Below are positions 11,796-22,148 of a stretch of DNA of 64,000 nucleotides, piece after piece; position 1 is the stretch's first letter, and every line of letters begins with the position of its first letter. The stretch lies in the NCBI GenBank assembly GCA_044892525.1, contig CM097887.1:50778001-50842000 (forward strand). The letters are read 5' to 3'. Origin of the DNA: Schmidtea polychroa (Eukaryota). The notes below the pieces were generated by a model. It saw nothing but the letters and a program-made list of their open reading frames with translations. It had not been told where the DNA came from and did no database searches. The translations under genes and the position numbers were made by a program.

Positions 11796-12851
11796 GTGCC
11801 AAGCAAATCAAATGAAACCGAGGAAATCGAGGAAATCATATTAGAAGATAGTGATGAAGGAGCTGGAGAAAGATCGCCAATTCTGATGAGATGGCCGACA
11901 GGGGCAGAAATCTGGACCACAAGCCAACCGTCAACTAGCTATCAGCAACCAAATAAGCCAAGAATTGAGGAGATCATGGATAATACAACAGAAACCGAAA
12001 CCGACGAACAATTCCAACGACAAACAGGACCAACAAAAGTAACACCGGAAGGTCAAACGGACAAAATAATAGACGAATGGAATGAATGGCTGAGAAACAA
12101 CGACAGCTCATTGCCAAGAACAGATAATGAGAGAAACCCGAATTATGAAATGACAAGAGAAGCTGGAACAATGATGGAGAAACGGGCAAAAGGAAGACCC
12201 AAGAAACAAGGAGAAAAACCCGAATTTAAAACCCGAGAACAAGTAAAACAAGAACAAGGACAAGTCAGACTAGAGAAATTGGACAAAATAGTGTGAGACC
12301 TGAAAGAGGCCCAACCAACAATTGAAAGAGGTGAAAAATGGATACGAGAACTAGTAAAGGATATGTTAATAATAACAAACCCGCAATTGAGACGGTTATG
12401 GCAACGAAAGGTAGCAAACGTGGATGCCAGACAACTATGGAACGCAATATCCGGAATAATTCCGAAATTAATCAAAGAAAAAACGAAAACCACGAAAACA
12501 GATTGGGAAGAGACAAGGAAGGTAATTGAACAATTAACCTTAAACGCAAACGACGACGAACATCATCTAGTGGTATTAACGTTTTTAATGTACAATTTGA
12601 TGGGATTAGCAGCGAGGAAAATACCTAACAAACAATTTGCGAACCACGTTGAAATGACGGTGACAATCATTGAAAATACAATCGAACCACATATTATCCG
12701 CGCCGGCGAGTGGAAAAGGCTTATACAAGCGCCACGAAAAAACGAGCAAGAGAGATCAATGCAAATCAGGTTGAAGAAATTACTAAACGAACTAGAATGG
12801 GAATTGCCAATGAAAGATCCCGCCAGTAGAAAAGCGTCGATTAATTCGCTA
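11796..12851 (+). pseudogene. N-terminal part of the second long reading frame (unknown function), in-frame TGA at 12294
   Basis: ORFs at 11796, 12363, 13083 and 13692 all share one frame and are separated by single stops (12294, 13032, 13662). Confidence 0.6.
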
Positions 12852-14276
12852 ATGATGACCATGATGATATGGATGCTATGTGCAAGCGGAGCATCAGGTT
12901 TTACAATTTACGACTGCGACAATTCGATAATGGGAGATAAATATTCCTTGAGGGATATAGAGGAATGTAGACAAGCATCTCCGAATAAATTGGATGTCGT
13001 GAAAAAGAAGGTCTCCTATCATGTATACCAATAATCAGATTTTATTAGAACACAAGCAAGAGAATGCGTAGTATCAAAGAAGGTGTTGGCATATTACTGT
13101 GGGCAATATTCGTATTCAACTCTCATACTACCCGGATTAGATAAAGAAATAGTACCTATACAACGAGAGGACTGCAAGGAGCTCTTCAGAACCGGATCGA
13201 TGAGAATCAGAGACGGGGTAACAATACACGGACAAAGCGGAATGATCAAGACTGAAAGAATCTACGTAGCCGGACGAGTAAAATCAACTGATGGATCATG
13301 CAACGGAGGCACATACACGATCAGAGGGGAGGTGATATCGGGGGTAGTAGTAATTGAGTCCTACACAGTGGAGTTGAAAGAATACGAAGCACAATTCGAC
13401 GCAAATAATTATCAAATGAAAACCAACCCAGCATGCAGAGCTACGGAAAACGTGTGTAGGACGGGAATTTCGACCATAATATATGAAGCTAACACCCAAA
13501 AATGCCGACTCCAATTGTTAAAAAGTGCTTTGTTCAACGAAGTAAAAGGAGAAATTTACGAAAACGAAGACGATGATGAAGAAAATGAAAACGTAAGGAT
13601 GCGAAATGGAAAACCAGTTCCACCATCCCCCAAAGAAAAAAGACTCACAACACAAAAAACTTAATTAATTACAGATGATCCGGATATCGGTATGAGATTC
13701 ATCAGAGAAAAAGAGACCACCAAATGTGACAGTATAGTATATCGGACGAACTACGCAGGCATTTACATGTCAAGACAAGTAATAGACCGAGTAGTAGGAA
13801 AGGTATCAACGGAGGACGTGAAGTTGTACCTTTATGCCAATAACAAGATGGACTTTTTATTTCATCGTGGACAAACGACAATGCAAAAAGTATATTACGA
13901 TCTTATACAAAATGACTGTTCATTAAATAAAGAGATACTAAAAACAAAATTAGCCATCGCGATAACACACCCAGATAACACGATGCCATCACTCCCATTA
14001 CCGGACGGACATTTTGGTAGAATGGTGGGAGAGGTAATGTATACATACGCATGTACCAAGACGTTCGCGAGAATGCCAAGGAAACCCACAATCCCACCAG
14101 GAAAATGTGCAAACGAATTAGAAATTAGTTACAAAGGGCGGAATAGATTCGTTCAACCCGTCACTAGAATTATGAACCCAATTGGATTTTATCCGAACAC
14201 CTTCAACTGTTCAAATGCATACGGGCCACTATATGAAAAACCCGATGGGAAATGGATAATGTTACTAGTAAAAACT
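12852..14276 (+). pseudogene. env: Env-like glycoprotein of chuvirus (Jingchuvirales)/class III type: signal peptide + ectodomain, C-terminal part deleted, two in-frame stops
   Basis: MMTMMIWMLCASGASG signal-like segment, then FTIYDC...YSLRDIEEC...ECVVSKKVLAYYCG...DC...GSCNGGTY...C....C...KMDFLF...DC...LAIA..P...GEVMYTYAC...CANELEI...RFVQPVTRIM...C...W. This cysteine/motif pattern is the one I recognise from chuvirus glycoproteins. No TM anchor before the junction with RT. Confidence 0.8.
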
Positions 14277-16680
14277 GAGATGTTACTTATGCTACAGGGG
14301 GCCGCATACTTTACGTCTTTAGATCTAAAGAGCGGATATTGGCAGATCAAAGTCAAAGAGGAGGACAAAGAGAAAACAGCATTCACATTGGGTCGAGATC
14401 TATACCAATTCAGGAAAATGCCATTCGGACTGACCAATGCCCCAGCATCATTTCAGAGGTGCATGAACTTTGTCACGCACGGGATCAAGCAGTGTATGGT
14501 ATATATCGATGATTTATTAATATATTCAGCAACATTCGAACAACATTTGGAAGATATCAGAAATGTGTTCATTCGATTACGACAATGGAAGTTGAAACTC
14601 AAACCATCAAAGTGTGATTGGGCAAAAGAGAAAGTTACGTTTTTAGGACACATAGTGTCAGCAAAAGGCAAAGAACCCGATCCAAGAAATATAGAAAAAA
14701 TAAAAACCTGTCCAGCACCGAAAACTGTCACCCAAGTTCAAGAATTCCTCGGATTATGCGGATATTATCGGAAATTCATTAAAAACTACGCAGGTATTGC
14801 GAAACCAATCCAGGAATTAGTGAAAAAAGACATTTCATTTACCTGGGGAGCAGAACAGCAAAAAGCCTTTGAAACATTGCGAGATAAATTAATTGAAGCC
14901 CCAATACTAGTACATCCAGATTTCAAGAAACCGTTCTTATTAGCCACAGATGCAAGTGGATATGCAGCTGGAGCAATATTGGGACAACTCGATGAAGAAG
15001 GAAAAGAAAGAGTAATCGGCTATTACAGTAGAACGTTTAAAAAGCATGAGAAAAACTATTCAGTAACAGAAAGAGAAGCGTTAGCAATAATACAAGCGAT
15101 TAAGCATTTTCGATATTTGTTGTGGGGTCACGAAATATGCATAACGACTGATCATCAACCATTAGTATGGCTCGGACAGCACAAAGAAGCTTCAAGCAGA
15201 TTGATGCGATGGGCAATGCAATTACAAGAATACTCACCGTTCATAAAATTCAAAGCAGGAAGAGCGAATGCCAATGCCGATTGTATGTCAAGATTTATTT
15301 TCCCAGACCTAGTAGATCACGAAATGCAACGAATATGCCTGATTGTAGCAGAAGATTTAGATTTTTGCCAATTACGAAAAGACCAACAAGAGGATGTGGA
15401 GTTGAAGCAAATCATTGAATATGTGAAGACAGGGAAAGCGGAAGTATACGAGAAAGATCAAAAGTTAAAAGAACATATGGATAAACATCGACATCGATAT
15501 GTAATAGAAAAGGAATGGTTATTGATAATGGACGGTGAAAAAAGACTAATGTGTATCCCAGAAAATAGACGTAAAGATTTGCTAACACAGTATCATGACG
15601 GAAGACTCGGAGGACATATGTCATCTAAAAAGACGTTAGCCCGAATGAAGCAAAAGTATTTTTGGCCTACATTGACTGAAGACGTAACGGAATGGGTAAA
15701 AAATTGCATAACTTGCGCAACCAGGAAAAACACGGGAACAAAATGGAAAGCACCATTAAAGCCAATGCCAGTACCAGCAGAACCAATGACAATGATATCA
15801 ATGGACGTAGTCGGTCCACTACCAGAATCAGATAGAGGAAATATATACATATTGGTGATCACGGACTATTTGACTAAATTTCCTGAGGCATTCGCTATGG
15901 CAGACCAGAAAGCGAAAACAATAGCGAAATTATTAGTAGAGGAAATATGTTGTCGATATGGAACACCGAAACAAATACTGACTGACCAAGGAACAAATTT
16001 CATGAGTGAAATAATGAGTGAAGTAACCAATTACTTCAAGATCGCAAAATTAAGAACATCACCATATCATCCACAAACAAATGGTATGACAGAAAGATTC
16101 AATGGAACATTGATTCAAATGTTATCAAATTATGTCGATCGTCATCAACGGGATTGGGATGAGTATATAAAATTATGTTTAATGGCTTACAGAATGTCAA
16201 TTCACGCGTCCACAAAGATGAGTCCGTTCAAGTTGATGTACGGCAGAGAATGTAATATGCCAATGGATTTGGAGTATCAGCCACCGATATCCCAGTATAT
16301 GGAAATAGACGATTATGTGACAAAATTCAAGGAAAGAATGCAGGAAATCTGGGAAACTGCAGGATTGAATATAAAGTTTTATCAGGAAAGTTACAAGGAT
16401 CTGCACGATAGAAAGAAAAACGTTAAACCACATACATTTCAAACCGGTGATTGGGTGATGATTGAAACACCAGAATTGATTCCAGGAACCACCAAAAAAT
16501 TGCAACGAAACGGCAAAGGTCCGTATGAGATCCTATTCGTCGGAGAAACCAATGTAAGAGTACGATTGGTAAACAATCCTTTTACAAGGCCAATATATGT
16601 AAATGTGGCGCGATGTAAGCCAATACCGAAAACAGCCACCAGTCAGCCGGAAGGACGTACATTAACAACAAGATCACACA
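14277..16680 (+). CDS. pol: Pol: RT (N-terminus and protease missing) - RNase H - integrase; part of the 2075-aa ORF 13692-19919
   Basis: YFTSLDLKSGYWQI, MPFGLTNAPASFQ, YIDDLLI; RNase H LATDASG...EREALAI...ITTDHQPL...ANADCMSR; integrase H..GH...CITC, SMDVVGP, TDQGTNF, ERFNGTL, GKGPYEI. Confidence 0.97.
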
Positions 16681-16699
16681 CATATAGAATAAATATGTT

Positions 16700-18660
16700 A
16701 CAACAGATAAACGAACCAACAAGCAATCGATTGGGACTACAACCATCAGAAGCCGAGAAAATCATAAAAGAGGTAAAAGCTAAAATACCCGGATGGGCAA
16801 AAGATAGATTAGATTTTGAGATATTGGGAGGTCTGCTAACAATGATAGAAAACTATGCAAATCGAGAAAGAACACACCCATTACTCAGGGTAGTTAAAAG
16901 TCAATGGCCTATATTATTCACGATCACAGACCACTACGGAGATACACCACTGCACAAGCTTTTAAAGGTGGGTAATAATGAACAAATACTAGAAACAATT
17001 GAAGCATTCCGCGATTGTAACATTTCAACAGATCAAGAAAACAATCAAGGTTACACTCCACTAATGATAGCAGCAAATCGAGATAAAACTAAGGATATCA
17101 TAATAGCGTTGCTGGAAACCGGATCAAAGATAACCACACAAAATCACGATCAGAAAAATGCACTGCATCATGCAATCGAAGGAAAAAGCACCGAAGCATT
17201 CATAATCTTAGTAGACCTATTGTCATATGAGGATAATAGGGAGATAGGAAATATGTATGACGGATTATTGGCAGCAATCAAGGAGAAATTGATAACAATT
17301 ACCGGGATATTAATTTCATGGAGAAACCCGATCAAAAACGATTATATGGTGGATATAAACGAAACATTTACCAAAGGAGAAAACACCTTGATGAAAGAAG
17401 CTATGAGAGGACATCATCTATTCGAAATCCCAAATCAGCTACTACAACGAGGTATAAAGCTCTCAAACCACAAAGACGAACAACTGATCAGAAAGCGAAT
17501 TATCAGCTTTGAAAAATCCATATCTCAATTCACCGATAGAGTGCAAGTAAAATATTGGGAAACCGTGAGTGTTTTATATATGATGGAAAATATGAATAAC
17601 ATTCGAGAAAACTACCTAAGTATTATTCAAGTTCTTACGGCGGAGGAACGCATTACCAGTTCAAACAAGAAAAAGTTAAAAATAAAGAAAGTAAAAACAA
17701 GAGAGTCTGAGGAACAAGTTGATCAAATAATAACTAATATAACAACAACAGGTAAAACCAGGATAATAAACTCAGACCAAGAGATAATAATACGTAAAGC
17801 CAAAGAGGTGTTCTTTGAAGAAATGCGAGATTTATCTGATGAAGCAATACTAACAAAAATAATAAAAACAGTACATACCTACGCAAGAGATCAGACCACC
17901 AATCTAGACATAGGTAAAATAAAAACATTCATACCACTAGCGTTTACCATACCAACAAAAGATTCAAGAACACCATTACAACAAGCAATATTAGCAGCAA
18001 AAGAAAACAGAGCAATAACCATCATAAGAATTCTTAGAGACTTAGGAGAAGGATCTAATGCAAAAAACGAACAAGGAGAAACAGCAATGATGTATGCAGC
18101 AATAACAAATATACACCCGAAAACCCTACATATACTACATCAATCAGGATCAAGACTTGACGAAATATCGAATGAAGGAAACTCCACCATGGATTGGGCA
18201 ACAATACAACCAAACTTGGAAATGATTAGATTCATCTGTAAGAATGCTACAAGAACTGAGGTAGAAAATATCTGTAAAAACATGTCACAGTTCCAATGGA
18301 ATACGATACGGAAAAACTTAGAAGCCATGAAGTTACTGCTAACATGGAGAATACCACAAAGCAATAAATATGCAGTGAATATTAACGAGTTCTACGAAAA
18401 CGGAGAAAATGCTATGGTTAAAAACACACTAACAAAGGGAGGAACTCCAAAAATTACATTAATCGTATTGAACAGGGAAGACCTCAAATTCACGCAAAAT
18501 CAAAACGAGCAAAAGCGAATCGGAAAACATCGGATACAGTTGAGAGAATTGGTAAAAGAATGGAATAGAAAGAGACATGCAGCAACAGGCAGAAAAGAGT
18601 TCGAATTTGAAGCAAAATTAGCAAGAAATAGAGTGCTAACTGCATATCGCAGATTGTTGA
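16700..18660 (+). CDS. Two ankyrin-repeat modules fused in frame downstream of integrase
   Basis: Module 1: YGDTPLHKL / QGYTPLMIAA / DQKNALHHAI / KGENTLMKEA. Module 2: DSRTPLQQAI / QGETAMMYAA / EGNSTMDWAT / NGENAMVKNT. Confidence 0.85.
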
Positions 18661-18905
18661 ATGATATAAATGTCGAGGACGACATTTTAAACGACAGCGG
18701 GGGAGATAAAGACGATAAAGACGACGATAATAATGGAAAAGGTCGAAACGAGAATAAAGAGAACGAGAAATCAGAGGAGAATAATCAAGAAAAGAACAAC
18801 GCAAGTACGAAAAAGGAAGAGGATAACCCGGGAAACCGAATAAAGCAAGAAGAAAAGACGAATAATGGAAAACAGAGGGTATGCCTACTTTTCACCAACA
18901 AAGAA

Positions 18906-19919
18906 ATGGAGACAAATATGATGATAATGATACTTGTATTAACAATGGTGGAAATGATAACAGCCCATGGAGGAATGAGAACGATAAAGGAAGCCAAGGA
19001 AACGGAAAACAAAGATAACAAGGAGGAAGAACTGAAACAAGAAAAGAAAAAGCAAGTACAAGAGCAACAATGGGATCTAAAAGAAGAATGGGATCTAAAA
19101 GAAAGGTGTATATTAGGAAGATGCATGTCTAGAGCTTATCAGAGACTAGTGTTAAAAAATGAAGACGAGGAACCAATAACGGAAGTGGGAATACAAGAAG
19201 CGTACCAACATCGAAACGGGAAGAAAATAACAAAAGTCAAATGGAAAGAGGTACACCTGAATAAAGGAGGTGAGATAGTGATAACACAGCTTCAACCCAG
19301 AAAAGAGCACAAAGTGTGTATTTCAAGGCTAGGACCAGGAGAAAACTGTCTACAATATGTAACGCAACAACAACCACCAAAGGAATATACGGTCTGTATC
19401 CTAAGAAACGGTCCAGAGAGAGAATGTCGACGATACCCTGGGAAAAGAGGGAAGAAAAGGAAAATCAATGATGAAAAAGATGAGGAAAGAAAGCGCAAGA
19501 AAACCAGTGAGAAATATCAGGACAATTATGTATCCGAGGAGGAGATGGAAAAAATACAAAAGATGGCAAAGGAAGGTATGAACGAGGAGGTAGCAAGAAT
19601 ACGAGGAATGATAAAAGGAAATAGCAAAGGCAGTAATCCGAAAAATACAGAGACAACATCAACAATAACGAACAAGGAAAAATTGGAAATTATAAGCGTA
19701 AAACAGATGATGTGGATCAGCGGAATAATAATAACAGGAGCATTTTTAATTATAACGGGGGGAACAATAAAAATAATCAAAGACAGACGGCATCGCGGAG
19801 AACTAGAGATGGCCAGAATGAGAAATTTTCAACATCGTGTAGAACGACCAAGTAATATCAAGCAGGAACAGTGGGTGGAGGCCTGGAATGCTCAGCGCCC
19901 TCCAAACTCACGTATATAG
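18906..19919 (+). CDS. Predicted single-pass membrane protein at the end of the Pol frame
   Basis: Signal-like METNMMIMILVLTMVEMITAHGG at 18906; hydrophobic MMWISGIIITGAFLIITGGTIKII (~19707-19778) followed by a basic KDRRHRG tail. Confidence 0.55.
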   Translation: METNMMIMILVLTMVEMITAHGGMRTIKEAKETENKDNKEEELKQEKKKQVQEQQWDLKEEWDLKERCILGRCMSRAYQRLVLKNEDEEPITEVGIQEAYQHRNGKKITKVKWKEVHLNKGGEIVITQLQPRKEHKVCISRLGPGENCLQYVTQQQPPKEYTVCILRNGPERECRRYPGKRGKKRKINDEKDEERKRKKTSEKYQDNYVSEEEMEKIQKMAKEGMNEEVARIRGMIKGNSKGSNPKNTETTSTITNKEKLEIISVKQMMWISGIIITGAFLIITGGTIKIIKDRRHRGELEMARMRNFQHRVERPSNIKQEQWVEAWNAQRPPNSRI

Positions 19920-20086
19920 AAAGGATTATGACTGTATATAACCTGTAAAAAGTAAATACATAATATTTATTTATATAACAGTACTCTATATTTTTATATA
20001 AGCGCGGTATCAATATTATATAATGATGGGATAAATAACATAAAAACTAAAATTAGATAAGGGTTGAAAGTATATATAAATTAAGA

Positions 20087-20446
20087 ATGGAGCGAATAAG
20101 CGATGAAGTAAATCACAGTACGACAACCGAAGAGATGTGGAAACAGCAATGTGCAATGTTAACTCAAGTGATTTCGAATTTACAAGAACAAGGACTCGCT
20201 GTACAAAGAAGCTTAGTCGAAAGTTTAAATAAAGGCTTCAGTTATGTAAGAATAATCGAAGATCAACGAATAAAAATGGAGCAAATGCCGCGAGAAATAG
20301 ACCGAATAACGCGATACAGCCAAGGACAGGAAGAGGAGTTAATGAGAATCGCTGAAGAAATGGAGCAAGAGGAGATAGAAGACTGGTCAGAATGGTTAAC
20401 CAGTAGGGAAGAGGGCGGACAAGAGGCCGACTCTTCCAGCCAATAA
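20087..20446 (+). CDS. Accessory ORF, acidic coiled-coil protein (119 aa)
   Basis: ATG-initiated ORF on the element's coding strand, same codon style, flanked by AT-rich spacers. Confidence 0.6.
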   Translation: MERISDEVNHSTTTEEMWKQQCAMLTQVISNLQEQGLAVQRSLVESLNKGFSYVRIIEDQRIKMEQMPREIDRITRYSQGQEEELMRIAEEMEQEEIEDWSEWLTSREEGGQEADSSSQ

Positions 20447-20526
20447 ATATAACCTAAAACAAAATGTAAATAACTGTAAATAGAAATACGAGATTGTATC
20501 ACTAACGAATATATGTATATATATAT

Positions 20527-21927
20527 ATGATTGTAGAAATGGACAAACGACAACGAGAAGAATTCAAAGAGATTGTCGAACAAGTCAGAAAATCCACCAC
20601 AATTCGAATACATGACCATGTGAAGTGTGGAGTATGCAAGAGCTTATTAAAAGAACCTCACCAAACCAGATGCGGATGTAGAATGTGCAAGGGATGCGTA
20701 GAGGAGATAATAAAGAAGGGACCACAATGGTGCCCAGTATGTAAAGAAACCATGATAACCAGTTTGGGAGATACAAACGAAGATAAAGCAGCGGTGAAAG
20801 ATATGATAAATACAAACTTAGGATGTAAAAACACCCCATGTAATTGGCGAGGAGTGATATGGGAAGTGAGGCGACATATGGAGAAGTGTGAGTATAAAAT
20901 CAGTCAATGCGAACGTTGCCAGGAAGCGATTAAGGCAAATCAAGAGGAAGAGCATCAAAGTCGATGTGTAGAAAGGCTGGAAAAATGTGAATACTGCGGA
21001 GAAACCGATACCCGAAGAAAACTGACTAGTCAACACCATAACGTACAAGAGGAAAAAGTATGCACGGAGTTCAGAGACGAATGTCTTAACAACTGTGATG
21101 AATCCGGAGTAATAAAACTCGCTCAACATCTAAGAGAATGTCGAAAGAAAAAGATAACGTGTGTATTAGGAAAATGGGGATGTCAAAAACAATTACACCG
21201 AGGAGAATTACCCCAACATCTAGCAGGGAACGTATCAACACACGCAGAAATGTGGTCAACGGTATTACAAGAAAACGAAAGGAAAACCGAAAATCTAGAA
21301 AAGGAAATAATCTCGCTAAAAACGTTGATAAAAGAGTTACTACAGGAAAAAGAAGCATTTGAAGAGGCGAGAACAAATACAAAGATACAGATAGATCTAG
21401 TGGAAACTAGCAACATTATGGTGAAAGAACTACATCAAAAAGTAAGCGAAATGAACCTCAACGAATTAATACCAACGGCTCCATACATATGGAAAATAAC
21501 GGGAGTAAAAGAGAAGATGCAGAGAGCGAGAAATGGAAAGGATACAACATTACTAAGTCCAGCATTCTATTCATGGAAAAACGGGTATAAAATGAAAATG
21601 AAAGCATATCCCAACGGGGATGGAAGCGCATACGGAACACATTTCTCGGTATTCTTCTTGATATGCAAAGGGTTGTATGACGAAATAATAGAATGGCCGT
21701 TTAAAGCAAAAATAGACCTCGCAATGATGAACCATCAAAGTACACACGAACAGAGTTTCCATACAGCGGGAAACCTCGTATGTTATCAAAGGCCATTGGA
21801 AGAAGAAGGACCAGCAACCGGAGCACCGAATTTCATCTTACAACGAAAAGTAGAAGATATGACAAGAAACGACACTATATACATAAAAATAGCGGTGAAG
21901 GGAGACGGGAAGAGTAGGACTGAGTAG
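20527..21927 (+). CDS. TRAF: Full-length, intronless TRAF-family protein (RING - TRAF zinc fingers - coiled coil - MATH/TRAF-C)
   Basis: RING CGVCKSLLKEPHQTRCGCRMCKGC...CPVC; five zinc-finger-like repeats; MATH domain YIWKITG...SPAFYSWKNGYKM...YPNGDGSAYGTHFSVFF...GLYDEIIEWPF...NDTIYIKIAV. Confidence 0.95.
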   Translation: MIVEMDKRQREEFKEIVEQVRKSTTIRIHDHVKCGVCKSLLKEPHQTRCGCRMCKGCVEEIIKKGPQWCPVCKETMITSLGDTNEDKAAVKDMINTNLGCKNTPCNWRGVIWEVRRHMEKCEYKISQCERCQEAIKANQEEEHQSRCVERLEKCEYCGETDTRRKLTSQHHNVQEEKVCTEFRDECLNNCDESGVIKLAQHLRECRKKKITCVLGKWGCQKQLHRGELPQHLAGNVSTHAEMWSTVLQENERKTENLEKEIISLKTLIKELLQEKEAFEEARTNTKIQIDLVETSNIMVKELHQKVSEMNLNELIPTAPYIWKITGVKEKMQRARNGKDTTLLSPAFYSWKNGYKMKMKAYPNGDGSAYGTHFSVFFLICKGLYDEIIEWPFKAKIDLAMMNHQSTHEQSFHTAGNLVCYQRPLEEEGPATGAPNFILQRKVEDMTRNDTIYIKIAVKGDGKSRTE

Positions 21928-22148
21928 CGAGACGAATAATTTTGTATATACTAAATTGTAAATATCGGCGTATATATCCAGTAAAATATTATATAATAGT
22001 GTAGAAAAACCCCCAAATCTACTAAAGGTAAACTTAAGCGGAAAATTTCTAAAAATAACCCACCTATATCGAATTGTAACAATAAATAAATAATAGAACA
22101 AATATAAATGTGCGACGTTGAGTTGATAATATCGTTATTCAGACAAAG

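Noticed and set aside
11740-11796. Programmed -1 frameshift between the Gag frame and the Env/Pol frame
   Set aside because: The frame relation is -1 and the downstream frame is open across the stop, but no canonical X XXY YYZ heptamer is visible; cannot be told apart from a mutation or separate initiation.
8051-14276. Aspartic protease domain
   Set aside because: No hydrophobic-D[TS]G motif in a protease context was found; presumed deleted.
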